A DNA stretch of 64,000 nucleotides from an uncultured Candidatus Actinomarina sp. (GTDB taxonomy: Bacteria; Actinomycetota; Acidimicrobiia; Actinomarinales; Actinomarinaceae), in contig CACPJC010000003.1 of assembly GCA_902634185.1 (NCBI GenBank), positions 64,001-128,000 of the forward strand. Direction: 5' to 3'. The notes beneath the pieces are model-generated. The model saw only the letters and a program-made list of their open reading frames with translations, did no database searches and was not told the origin of the DNA. The position numbers were made by a program, and so were the translations under genes. Position 1 is the first letter of the stretch. The number at the start of each line of letters is the position of its first letter. Below, piece by piece: positions 37,023 to 46,992 of the stretch.

Positions 37023-37817
37023 TTATTTATTTTTTAATTTCTCTAATGCTAACTCATGGAGTTCTTTAGAGGCTGAGGCTAAAACATAAACATCTTTATC
37101 ATCGAATAGAAGTCTGTTGCCATCCCAGTCTGTCATGACACCACCTGAGCCTTCAACAATTTTTATTAGTGGTAAATAATCATGAGGAGCAGTAAGTTTT
37201 TCGGCAACAATATCTACATACCCACTAGCTAACAATCCATAGTTATAACAGTCACTTCCAGTGGTCGTAACTTTAACACTCTCTTCAAGAGATTGGTAAG
37301 CTCTCCATTTCTTCATACCAAATTGATGACTTGAAGTTGTTGCCATAACTGAATTTTCAAGTTTGTCGATTTTTCTACATTGAATAATATTTCCATTTAC
37401 CATAGTTACATTTTTCTCAAAGGAAACCCATCTTTCTTTTAAGGCTGGGCAGTCAATTACTCCTCCAATAATCTCATCATTTTTGACCAGTCCAATCAAA
37501 GTTCCAAAATCATTTTTTCCAGCTATAAAACTTCTGGTTCCATCAATTGGGTCGATATACCATGTATATTGAGATTCATTATTAAGAACTTCAAACTCTT
37601 CACCGACAATATTATGCATTGGATACTTTTTTTCTATTTCTCTTCTAATTACTTGTTCAATTTGTTTATCCGCAAGCGTAACTGGACTTTCATCAACTTT
37701 AATTGTCATATCCCTTATGTCGCGAAAATGAGCTAATGCAATTTTTCCAGAAATATCTAGAGTTTCATTACAAAAATTTATAAAATCTTGAGAATCTATT
37801 TTATTATCCAACATCAC
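37023..37817 (-). CDS. hisN: Inositol monophosphatase family, probable histidinol-phosphatase
   Basis: KVDESPVTLAD, GEEF, IDPIDGTRSF, DCYNYGLLASG, TDWDG. Confidence 0.75.
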   Translation of the reverse strand: MMLDNKIDSQDFINFCNETLDISGKIALAHFRDIRDMTIKVDESPVTLADKQIEQVIRREIEKKYPMHNIVGEEFEVLNNESQYTWYIDPIDGTRSFIAGKNDFGTLIGLVKNDEIIGGVIDCPALKERWVSFEKNVTMVNGNIIQCRKIDKLENSVMATTSSHQFGMKKWRAYQSLEESVKVTTTGSDCYNYGLLASGYVDIVAEKLTAPHDYLPLIKIVEGSGGVMTDWDGNRLLFDDKDVYVLASASKELHELALEKLKNK

Positions 37818-37822
37818 TCAAA

Positions 37823-38074
37823 TTATAAAGAATTTAGTTTATCTATGAGTTCAACATCAGATGGTTCAACTAAATAGCTTCCATCTTCAAATACTATGGT
37901 TGGTATCCTAGGATTTTGATTTTGTAATTTCTTAGCTATTTCATATCCATCTTTATCAAAGTCAATATCAATTTCAGTAAATTTGATATTCAACTTATCA
38001 AAAACTTTCTTCGATCTTACACAGTCTCCACACCACTGTGTGCTGTACATGATAATTCCTGATTGATTATCCAT
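37823..38074 (-). CDS. Mycoredoxin/glutaredoxin-like protein
   Basis: MYSTQWCGDC..SK, RIPTIVFEDGS.L.EPS. Confidence 0.85.
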   Translation of the reverse strand: MDNQSGIIMYSTQWCGDCVRSKKVFDKLNIKFTEIDIDFDKDGYEIAKKLQNQNPRIPTIVFEDGSYLVEPSDVELIDKLNSL

Positions 38075-38327
38075 TTGAACCAAATGGATCAGTTAATACT
38101 GAGAGTAATTCACTAAGTTTTCCAAGGTTCTCGAATAATGGCTCTAATTGATTAAAGTTATCAACTGCTTCTTCAATTTCAGGAAGCACAGTTTTCATAT
38201 CCTCTATTGTTAGTAGCGCAGTTTCTAATTGACCTGATAGCTCATTTACCGTATTTTGAATATTTAAAATAAAGAATCCGAACAACAAAAGTATTAGTAC
38301 TTGTAAAACTAATACAATTCGTAACAC
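38067..38327 (-). CDS. Hypothetical small membrane-anchored coiled-coil protein
   Basis: Single N-terminal hydrophobic helix; fits the operon between trxA and mycoredoxin. Confidence 0.6.
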   Translation of the reverse strand: MLRIVLVLQVLILLLFGFFILNIQNTVNELSGQLETALLTIEDMKTVLPEIEEAVDNFNQLEPLFENLGKLSELLSVLTDPFGSNG

Positions 38328-38329
38328 TA

Positions 38330-38641
38330 TTAACCTAGTGAAGTAATTTTTTCTTTTATAACTTCTTTTGGTTGAACGCCAACAAATCTGTCTTTAACTT
38401 CACCATCTTTTAAAATAACTACGGTTGGTACGCCCATAACTTGATTTTGTCCGGCAATTTGGGGATGTTGATCAACGTCAAGTTTAACGAACTCAACACC
38501 TTCTATTTCATCATCTAATTCTTCTAAAATTGGACTCAATACTTTACATGGTCCACACCAAGTAGCATGAAAATCAATAACAACTGGATTAGATGAATTT
38601 ACAATTTCTGAATATTCTTCAGCATTTATTTCTTTTACCAT
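38330..38641 (-). CDS. trxA: Thioredoxin
   Basis: DFHATWCGPCK, VMGVPT. Confidence 0.96.
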   Translation of the reverse strand: MVKEINAEEYSEIVNSSNPVVIDFHATWCGPCKVLSPILEELDDEIEGVEFVKLDVDQHPQIAGQNQVMGVPTVVILKDGEVKDRFVGVQPKEVIKEKITSLG

Positions 38642-38706
38642 TATTTCCTTTAATTTCTTATTAAGTTTATAAATTATAAATTTATAAAAGTAATTTAAAA
38701 AAGAAA

Positions 38707-39141
38707 TTATTTAAAGTCTCTAATTTCTTTTCTAACTCTTTTATCTGTAATCTTTCTTCTTTTGTCGATATCTTTTTTACCTTTTGCAAGAGCTAGTTGA
38801 ATTTTAATATAGCCATTTTGCTCAAAGACTTTTGTTGCAATAAGGGTAAGGCCTTTTGTCGATATTAATCCGATAAGTCTTTTTATTTCTTTTTTATGGA
38901 GCAAAAGTTTTCTGGGGGTTTTGGGGTCATAATCAATTAAGTCAGCATATTTGTAAGGTTCAATATTCATTTCTCTTATTACAGCTTCTTCTTCCTCTAT
39001 TGTGGCAAATGCATCAATAATCGAGATTCCTCCATTTCTTGCACTTTTTGTTTCGGGACCAGTAAGAACAACTCCAGCTTCAAAAAATTCAAGAAATTCA
39101 TAGGAATTTCTTGCTTTACGATTCTCTGCAAAAACTTTCAT
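38707..39141 (-). CDS. smpB: SsrA-binding protein
   Basis: ENRKAR..Y, EAGVVLTG.E.KS.R, RKLLLHKKEI, LAKGKK..DKR. Confidence 0.96.
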   Translation of the reverse strand: MKVFAENRKARNSYEFLEFFEAGVVLTGPETKSARNGGISIIDAFATIEEEEAVIREMNIEPYKYADLIDYDPKTPRKLLLHKKEIKRLIGLISTKGLTLIATKVFEQNGYIKIQLALAKGKKDIDKRRKITDKRVRKEIRDFK

Positions 39142-40514
39142 CTATCTAAAAAGCAATAAGGATTCATTCTTCCTCTAGAAGTAGGATCTAAGTAAGGAAG
39201 GCTACAACTAACAGAATTTGGATTCTTTAATCTTACTTCAAAATGTAAGTGTGGACCTGTTGACCTACCTGTTGTACCTACAGTACCAATAACATCACCT
39301 GTAATAACAGTCTGCCCAACAGATGCTCGTATTTCATTCATATGAAAATAAAGTGTCGTCATTCCACCACCATGATCAATAAAAACAGTTCTACCAGCCA
39401 ATCCGTAGTATCTAGCAAGAATGACTACTCCTCCAGCTGCCGCTTTTATAGGCGTACCTGTTCTTCCTGGAATATCTATAGCTCCATGAAAACTTGTTGT
39501 GCCTCTGAATCTTCTCCACTTATAACCACTTGAAACATAACTTCCAGTAATAGGCCAAGTTAACTTATTTGGAGCTACTCCACCAAGAGTGCTTAATCTG
39601 TTAATGTCAGCCTGGATAGCATCTTCAAGTTTTTCAAGATTTGCGTGTTCAGCATCTAATTTGGCCAATTGATTATTTGCTTCTGTTAAAAGGTTCTGAG
39701 CTTTCTTTCTTTCTGCTAAAACAGCAGCCTTTTTATTTTCGACTTGACGCTTTTCCCTTTCTACTCTATTTTTACTTTCCTCAACTTCATCTGCGTACTC
39801 TTCAGCCTCGATAGAAATCTGATTCTTCTTTTCCTCTTCAACTTGAAGAGAGGAAATTATTTCTTCTCTTTCTTCTTCACGTTCTGATAAGAACTCTGTT
39901 TGAGTTTCTGACAAACTCTCAAATGAATTTAAGGACTCAATAATTTCATAAGCTGTATTTACGATTGCAGATGCATAACCTAATGCAGCCAGAAAGTCAG
40001 ATAATTCATTCAAATTTATAAATAAAGCTGTTGCTGGACTCATAACCCCATTGATGTACATATCTACAGCTTTCACTTGTAACTCATCCTTCGCTGAATT
40101 TAGATTCTTTTGAGTTTCAAATAGTTCATCTTTTACTTTTATAATTTCATTTTTAGTTGTTCCTAATTTAACTTGTTCATTTACAATATTTTGTTGAACA
40201 GCCGCAAGATTATCAAGAGATTCATCATATCCTTCAAGCGCCTTTTCAAGTGCAAGCTCAGCTGCACCAAGTCTTCTTTGAACTTCAGCTAGCTCAGCAT
40301 TAACTTTTTTAAGTGACGAGTCATTTGCTAAAATTGCTTTTTCTAAATCTGTTTTATCACCTTCGTATTGTTTAATTTGGTTTGCAATTGCAATAAGCTG
40401 CTTTTCTACTTCTTCGAGTCTCTCCTCGGCAGTGATTGCAAAAGAATGATCAACAAATATTGTCTGTATAAAAATTAGAAATAATATTAGAATTGAAAAG
40501 AATTTTTTAGTCAT
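39138..40514 (-). CDS. EnvC-like coiled-coil protein with M23 peptidase domain
   Basis: Signal peptide, long coiled coil, HGAID and TGRSTGPHLHFEVR; directly downstream of ftsEX. Confidence 0.9.
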   Translation of the reverse strand: MTKKFFSILILFLIFIQTIFVDHSFAITAEERLEEVEKQLIAIANQIKQYEGDKTDLEKAILANDSSLKKVNAELAEVQRRLGAAELALEKALEGYDESLDNLAAVQQNIVNEQVKLGTTKNEIIKVKDELFETQKNLNSAKDELQVKAVDMYINGVMSPATALFINLNELSDFLAALGYASAIVNTAYEIIESLNSFESLSETQTEFLSEREEEREEIISSLQVEEEKKNQISIEAEEYADEVEESKNRVEREKRQVENKKAAVLAERKKAQNLLTEANNQLAKLDAEHANLEKLEDAIQADINRLSTLGGVAPNKLTWPITGSYVSSGYKWRRFRGTTSFHGAIDIPGRTGTPIKAAAGGVVILARYYGLAGRTVFIDHGGGMTTLYFHMNEIRASVGQTVITGDVIGTVGTTGRSTGPHLHFEVRLKNPNSVSCSLPYLDPTSRGRMNPYCFLDR

Positions 40515-41382
40515 TAAGGGCTTTCCTTATTCCGACAAAGCTAGCAAAGAATCCAAAGCCAATAGTCGAAAACAACAAAATAAGAGTTAGATTTATCAAA
40601 TATGTGTCAGAAATAGCAATATCGAAAATACTTTCTGCAATAAATGATGTTTTTGAATACTGAATAAATCCCCAACCAAGACCCACAGCTATGCTTGTTC
40701 CAATTAAGGATTCGAAAACTGCTTCAAAAATAAAAGGAAGTCTTATGTATGTTGATGAAGCACCGATAGTTCTCATTATTTTTATTTCTTTTTTCTTTGC
40801 ATAAGCTGTAAGTCTTAACGTGTTGATAATTAAAATAAATGCTGCAAAGGCAATTAACGCAGCGAAGATTGTTGCAGATAAAACAAGTGTATCTGTTAAA
40901 CTCAAAAGGCGTTCAATCGCTTCTCCAGAAGCTCTAATCTCTTTTACAGCTGGGTTGCCATCCATTCTTTCAATAATCAATTTATAATCTGCAGGGTCAT
41001 TTAGATTTATACGTAAAGACGTTGGTAATATTTCAAAATCTACTTCTTGAAGTAATTCAGGTTGATCTTTGAATAATAATCTAAATTCATCCGAAGCCTC
41101 AGATTTCGAAAAATACTCTACCATCCTGACCTCTGGATAACTTTCTAAAGTATCTTGAAGTTGCTTATGTGCTGTAGAAGTTACCCTATCATCCAAAAAA
41201 ATAACAACATGAACCCCATTTTGCCAACGCGATGTATTGTTTTCAACGATTGCACGAGCAGAAAGTGTGGTAAAAACAAGAAATGAAGATACTAATACGG
41301 CGAGCATTGTTGCAATAACGAGTAATGGATTTCTTCTCATATTTATAAATGTATTTTTGAAAACATAGTTTAATTTTTTCAT
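40507..41382 (-). CDS. ftsX: Cell division permease FtsX
   Basis: Four TM segments; INTLRL...EI.IMR.IGAS..YIRLPF..E. Confidence 0.93.
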   Translation of the reverse strand: MKKLNYVFKNTFINMRRNPLLVIATMLAVLVSSFLVFTTLSARAIVENNTSRWQNGVHVVIFLDDRVTSTAHKQLQDTLESYPEVRMVEYFSKSEASDEFRLLFKDQPELLQEVDFEILPTSLRINLNDPADYKLIIERMDGNPAVKEIRASGEAIERLLSLTDTLVLSATIFAALIAFAAFILIINTLRLTAYAKKKEIKIMRTIGASSTYIRLPFIFEAVFESLIGTSIAVGLGWGFIQYSKTSFIAESIFDIAISDTYLINLTLILLFSTIGFGFFASFVGIRKALND

Positions 41383-41388
41383 AAGTGC

Positions 41389-42066
41389 TTAAACATACCT
41401 TCCTTGATCTACATCACTCATTAATTTTCCATCTTTAAGTTGTAAAACTCTTTTTTTTCTTCTATTAACAATCGATGAATCATGAGTTGCCATTAAGACT
41501 GTTGTACCAGCCCTGTTTATTTTTTCTAATAATGTAATAATTTGAATGCTAAGTTCTGGATCTAAATTACCAGTTGGTTCGTCACATAAAAGGACAAGTG
41601 GGTTTGATGCTAAAGCTCTTGCTATACATGCTCTAGTTTGCTCTCCTCCTGAAAGTTGGCTTGGAAATTTATACATACTATCGTTTAATCCAACTAGATC
41701 TATCAATGTACTGGTCTTCTCATCAATTTCTTTTTCTTCAAAGCCAAGCACCTCAAGAGCAAAACTTATATTCTCAAAAGTTGTTCTATCTTCAAGAAGC
41801 TGTGGTTCTTGAGTAACAATTCCTAGTTTTCTTCTCAACAGTGGAATTTTCCACTTTGGCAAGCTTGTTACATCCATATCTACAACTTCTATTTCTCCTT
41901 TTGTCGGAGAATATTCTTTGTAAAGAAGTTTAAGTAAGGATGATTTTCCACTTCCAGAATGACCAATAAGATAGACAAATTCACCTTCTGAAATCTCTGT
42001 AGATACATTAGAAAGTGCAACACTTCCACCTTGAAAAACTAACGAAACATTATCTAACTTAATCAT
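41389..42066 (-). CDS. ftsE: Cell division ATP-binding protein FtsE
   Basis: GHSGSGKS, LRRKLG, LSGGEQ, DEPTGNLDP, GTTVLMATHD. Confidence 0.95.
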   Translation of the reverse strand: MIKLDNVSLVFQGGSVALSNVSTEISEGEFVYLIGHSGSGKSSLLKLLYKEYSPTKGEIEVVDMDVTSLPKWKIPLLRRKLGIVTQEPQLLEDRTTFENISFALEVLGFEEKEIDEKTSTLIDLVGLNDSMYKFPSQLSGGEQTRACIARALASNPLVLLCDEPTGNLDPELSIQIITLLEKINRAGTTVLMATHDSSIVNRRKKRVLQLKDGKLMSDVDQGRYV

Positions 42067-43163
42067 TTAATCCCTGTCTACGCCATTTTAGATACTCATT
42101 GATAAATATGTTAATATCTCCATCTAAAACTGACTGAATATTTCCAACTTCAATATTTGTTCTTGAGTCTTTAACTTGTTGATAAGGTTGCATAACGTAT
42201 GACCTAATTTGCCTACCCCAGCCAGCTTCAACTTGTTCCCCTCGTATAGAATCAAGTTTTTTTAATTTTTCTTCTTTTTCTAACAGTATTAGTTTTGATT
42301 TTAGAAGGGCCAAAGCACGAACTTTGTTTTGTAATTGTGACCTTTCTGCCTGACAAGCAACTACTATTCCTGTAGGAATATGGGTAACTCTTACTGCTGA
42401 ATCGGTTGTATTTACATGTTGACCTCCAGCTCCAGAAGATCTATAAACATCAATACGGATGTCATCATCATTTAAATCAAACTCATCCGAATCATCAATT
42501 AATGGAATAACATCAACTCCTGCAAAACTAGTATGTCTTCTTTTGTTACTATCAAAAGGACTTATTCTAACTAATCTATGAACTCCTCTTTCACTTTCTA
42601 AATTTGCATAAGCTCTGAAACTTTCTACTCTTATCGATGCAGATTTTATTCCTGCTTCTTCTCCAGAAGAAATTTCCTCTATCTCATAGCTCATTTCTAT
42701 ACTATCTAAATATCTTGTGTACATTCTTAATAACATTTCTGCCCAGTCATGAGCATCAACACCTCCCGCACCAGCATTAACTGTAAGAACAGCTGAATGA
42801 TTATCGAACTCACTTGAGTACAGAGATTCTTCCTCTAGGTCTATAATCTTTTGCTCGATTTCTTCAAATTGAGGTTTTATTTCTTCCAGTTCAGATAGAT
42901 TATCTTTGCTTAATTCTGTTAATTCTTCCAAATCTTTAATCTCATTATCTAAAGTATTTAATAAATTAATTACTTTCTCAATGTTTGAAGCATTTTTAAC
43001 AATATTTTGAGGATTTGATATTTCTGACCAAAAATCTTTTTTTGAGATTATTATATTAAGTTTTTCTAGTTCTTCTTTTTTATTATCAAAGTCAAAGATA
43101 CTCCTTGGCAGAAGTTAATCTTTCTTTAAAATTTTTTATTTTGTTTCGGATATCTTTATACAT
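42059..43163 (-). CDS. prfB: Peptide chain release factor 2, expressed by programmed +1 frameshift
   Basis: ORF1 from ATG 43163: MYKDIRNKIKNFKERLTSAKEYL-TGA. The +1 frame from GAC at 43093 is open into the SPF and GGQ domain. Confidence 0.96.
43091..43106 (-). promoter_or_regulatory. prfB +1 frameshift cassette
   Basis: AAGGAG-TAT-CTT-TGA-C: internal SD, slippery CTT and weak UGA-C stop. Confidence 0.95.
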
Positions 43164-45745
43164 CTATCATCTATTCCACATTTTTTATATTTAATCCCAC
43201 AACCCTCAGGACATGGATCATTTCTTCCAATTTTATCTTTATTATCAACATTTGATGTTTTTTTCTTTTCCTTGTCTAAATCATTATTTTCTTGTGAGAT
43301 TTTGTCAAAGTTTAATAAAAGTCTAACAACAGATAACTTAACATTGTGAATTAAATCTTCAAATAAATCATATCCTTCTTTTTGATATTCAACTAAAGGA
43401 TCTCTCTGACCCATTGCTCTTAATCCAATACCTGACCTGAGATAATCCATTTCTGAAAGGTGATTTTTCCAGGATTGATCTATAAACGAAAGTGAGCCCA
43501 TTCTTGCTAAATTCATGAAATTATTTTTGTCTGATTCGAAATTTTTATTGTACAGGGATTCCATACTTGATATTATTTCTAAATTATCATTTACTTCTAT
43601 GGTTTGCAATAACTGTTTTTTTACATTGTCAGATAAAATTAAACTTAATTCATTTTCAACGAAATTTCTATAATCTTCAAGTGTTTCATATTGTGTTTTG
43701 TAGTTATCAACATTATTTTGTAATTCGTCAAATATGTCATCTCTCCAATCAGTGATCAGATTTTCTATATTGTCGGACATGAGGAGTTCTCGTCTCCATT
43801 TATAAATTACATCTCTTTGTTGATTAAGAACCTGATCGAACTTAAGAACATTTTTTCTTATTTCAAAGTTTAATGATTCAACTTGTGCTTGAGCTCTTTC
43901 GATACTCTTAGTAACCATACTCTGCTCAATCTTTTCATCATCAGGCAAGTTGAGCTTATCCATAATTGATTGAATTCTTTCACCTTGGAATCTTCTCATT
44001 AAGTCGTCTTCAAGACTTATGTAAAATCTTGATTCGCCTGGATCACCCTGCCTTCCTGATCTCCCTCTTAATTGGTTATCAATTCTTCGAGATTCATGTC
44101 TTTCTGTCCCAATTACATAAAGACCTCCAAGTTCAATTACTTTTTCTTTTTCGTCATTGATCAAAGAATCAAATTTCGAAATTAACTCCTCCATATATTT
44201 TTTATCATCTACTTTGTTTTCTTTTTCAGCTTCATTTTTAGCCATAAATTCACTGTTACCACCTAATTTGATATCTACACCTCTTCCTGCCATATTCGTT
44301 GCAACGGTAACGGATTTTAATCGCCCGGCTTGAGCAATAATTGATGCTTCTTCTAAGTGATTTTTTGCATTTAAAACAGAATGCTTAATACTATTTTTTG
44401 TTAATTCTTTTGAAATTTCTTCTGATGAATCTACTGAGACTGTACCCAGTAAAACTGGTTGTCCAATTTCATGTCTTTTTTTTATATCATCTACAACTGC
44501 ATTTATTTTAGCTTTCTTAGTTTTGTAAACTGTGTCCTGATTGTCGTTTCTTGCTACTGGAAGATTGGTTGGAATCTCCACCACCTCAAGATTATATATC
44601 TGAATTAATTCCTCTTCTTCAGTTTTTGCCGTACCTGTCATACCAGATAGATGTTCATACATCCTAAAATAATTTTGATATGTGATCGATGCTAAAGTTT
44701 GGTTTTCATCCTGAATATTTACATTTTCTTTTGCCTCAATTGCTTGATGGAGTCCATCAGAATAACGCCTTCCCTCTAGAACACGTCCTGTAAATTCATC
44801 TACAATTTTTACCTGCCCATCAGATTTTATGTAATCAATATCCTTTTTATAAATTTCTTTAGCACGTAAAGAAGCTGTTAAATAATGAATAAAATTCGTT
44901 GATGTATTTTCATAAAGATTATCAATACCTAATTTTCCTTCAATAAATTCAATACCCACCTCGGTAGGGTGAATTTGTTTTTTTGATTCATCTACTTCAT
45001 AATGTATGTCTTTTTTCATTTGCTTAACTAATTTTGAAAATTGTAGATACCATTTCGTTGACTCCTCAACTCTTCCAGAAATAATTAAAGGTGTTCTGGC
45101 CTCGTCAACTAAGATTGAGTCAACTTCATCAATTACTGCGTAAAATAGGCTTCCTTGAGTTAGCTGTTCGGAGGATTGTGCCATGTTGTCTCTTAAATAA
45201 TCAAAACCAAATTCATTATTAGTTCCATAAACAATGTCTTTTTTATATTCTGAAACTTTTTCTTGGTAATCTTGATTTGAATAAATGAGGCCAACTTCAA
45301 GTCCTAAAAAGTTATAAATTGGACTCATCCATTCAGCATCTCTTCTTGATAGATAGTCATTCACTGTTACAACATGAACACTTTGATCAAAAAGTGACAT
45401 AAATGATATTGGAAGTGTAGAAACAAGTGTTTTACCTTCCCCTGTTTTCATCTCAGCTATTTTATTTCTTAATAAAACCATTCCACCAAACAACTGAACG
45501 TCATAATGGCGTTGACCAATTGTTCTTTTAGATGCTTCCCTTACTAAGGAAAATGCATCAACCTCAAAATCAAATTTGTTATCTGAAGTTATCTCATTTT
45601 TTAAATTTTGAAATTTATTTTTAATTTCATCGTCAGAATATTTTTCAACTTGAGATTCTTTAGAGTTAATTAACTCGACTTTTTTATCAAGCTCTTGTGC
45701 AAGTTTTCCACTTCCAACAGATAAAACTTTTTTAAAAATACTCAA
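43136..45745 (-). CDS. secA: Preprotein translocase ATPase SecA
   Basis: EMKTGEGKT, VTVNDYL, DEVDSIL.DEARTPLIISG, ATNMAGRG, ESRRIDNQLRGR.GRQGDPG, GRNDPC. Confidence 0.99.
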   Translation of the reverse strand: MSIFKKVLSVGSGKLAQELDKKVELINSKESQVEKYSDDEIKNKFQNLKNEITSDNKFDFEVDAFSLVREASKRTIGQRHYDVQLFGGMVLLRNKIAEMKTGEGKTLVSTLPISFMSLFDQSVHVVTVNDYLSRRDAEWMSPIYNFLGLEVGLIYSNQDYQEKVSEYKKDIVYGTNNEFGFDYLRDNMAQSSEQLTQGSLFYAVIDEVDSILVDEARTPLIISGRVEESTKWYLQFSKLVKQMKKDIHYEVDESKKQIHPTEVGIEFIEGKLGIDNLYENTSTNFIHYLTASLRAKEIYKKDIDYIKSDGQVKIVDEFTGRVLEGRRYSDGLHQAIEAKENVNIQDENQTLASITYQNYFRMYEHLSGMTGTAKTEEEELIQIYNLEVVEIPTNLPVARNDNQDTVYKTKKAKINAVVDDIKKRHEIGQPVLLGTVSVDSSEEISKELTKNSIKHSVLNAKNHLEEASIIAQAGRLKSVTVATNMAGRGVDIKLGGNSEFMAKNEAEKENKVDDKKYMEELISKFDSLINDEKEKVIELGGLYVIGTERHESRRIDNQLRGRSGRQGDPGESRFYISLEDDLMRRFQGERIQSIMDKLNLPDDEKIEQSMVTKSIERAQAQVESLNFEIRKNVLKFDQVLNQQRDVIYKWRRELLMSDNIENLITDWRDDIFDELQNNVDNYKTQYETLEDYRNFVENELSLILSDNVKKQLLQTIEVNDNLEIISSMESLYNKNFESDKNNFMNLARMGSLSFIDQSWKNHLSEMDYLRSGIGLRAMGQRDPLVEYQKEGYDLFEDLIHNVKLSVVRLLLNFDKISQENNDLDKEKKKTSNVDNKDKIGRNDPCPEGCGIKYKKCGIDDRCIKISETK

Positions 45746-45747
45746 AT

Positions 45748-46992
45748 TTAGCTTGTGCCATGCTCCCAGGAGTCGAGATATTCAATTTGCTCTTTAGTAA
45801 GGATTTCTAATTCTCCACCCATGAGTCCTAATTTTGTAGCTGCAATTTTTAAATCAACTTCATTCGGAAGAGTATAAACTTTTGGCTCTAGGTCTTCATG
45901 ATTATCTTTTATCCATTCTGCAGCCAAGGCCTGGTTAGCAAATGACATATCCATCACTGAAGCAGGATGGCCAGTTGCAGCAGCTAAATTAACTAATCTT
46001 CCTTCAGCTAATACTAAAATTTCCTTACCATCGTACAAATAGCTTTCTACATGATCTCTAACTCTATGTACTTCAGCACTATCTTGTTTTAATGCTTCTA
46101 AATTGATTTCTACATCAAAATGTCCTGCATTAGCTAAAACTACTCCGTCTTTCATAACGTCAAAATGTTTCTTATCTAATGCATGCATGTTTCCTGTTAC
46201 AGATACAATTACATCAGCAATTTTTGCAGCATTAACACTACTTTTTACTTCATATCCATGCATTAAAGCTTCTAGAGCACGTACAGAGTTAGGCTCAACG
46301 ATTGTTACTTTAGCACCCATTCCATATGCTCGTTCTGCTACTCCTTTTCCACAATCTCCAAAACCAATCACAACAACATCTAAACCAGCAATCAAGAGAT
46401 CTGTTGCTCTTACAACACCATCCATAGCACTTTGACCTGTTCCAAATCGATTATCAAATAAATGCTTCGTGTCAGAGTCATTTACAGCAACGACAGGAAA
46501 GCGAAGTTTATTATTTTTTTCCATTGACTTCAGTCTTATTACTCCGGTAGTTGTTTCTTCCATTGAACCCATAACTGGTAAGTCAGATCTATCAGTTAAA
46601 AGTAAAGTAACTAAATCAGCTCCATCATCCATCGTTATGTCAGGTTTTGTGTCTAAAACAGAATTAAGATGCTTAAAGAATTCATCATTTGATACTCCAT
46701 GTACTGCATGTACTTCAACATCATTTTCAGCAAGATAGGCAGCGACTGAATCTTTAGTTGATAGTGGGTTCGACGCACACAATGCAACGTTTGCCCCAGC
46801 AGCTTTTAAAGTAAGCATTAAATTAGCTGTTTCTTTTGTTACGTGCATACATGCACCTATATTCAAACCATTTAATGGCTTATTACTTGAGAACTCTGTT
46901 TTAATTTCTTCAAGAACTTTCATTTGTCTAGCAGCCCAATCAACTTCTTGCTGGCCTACTGCTGATAGATTTTTGTCTTTTATAGTAGACAT
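45748..46992 (-). CDS. ahcY: Adenosylhomocysteinase
   Basis: SNPLST, DDGAD, EETTTGV.RL, KHLFDNRFGTGQS, NAGHFDVEI, EGRLVNL...GHP..VMDMSF. Confidence 0.98.
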   Translation of the reverse strand: MSTIKDKNLSAVGQQEVDWAARQMKVLEEIKTEFSSNKPLNGLNIGACMHVTKETANLMLTLKAAGANVALCASNPLSTKDSVAAYLAENDVEVHAVHGVSNDEFFKHLNSVLDTKPDITMDDGADLVTLLLTDRSDLPVMGSMEETTTGVIRLKSMEKNNKLRFPVVAVNDSDTKHLFDNRFGTGQSAMDGVVRATDLLIAGLDVVVIGFGDCGKGVAERAYGMGAKVTIVEPNSVRALEALMHGYEVKSSVNAAKIADVIVSVTGNMHALDKKHFDVMKDGVVLANAGHFDVEINLEALKQDSAEVHRVRDHVESYLYDGKEILVLAEGRLVNLAAATGHPASVMDMSFANQALAAEWIKDNHEDLEPKVYTLPNEVDLKIAATKLGLMGGELEILTKEQIEYLDSWEHGTS

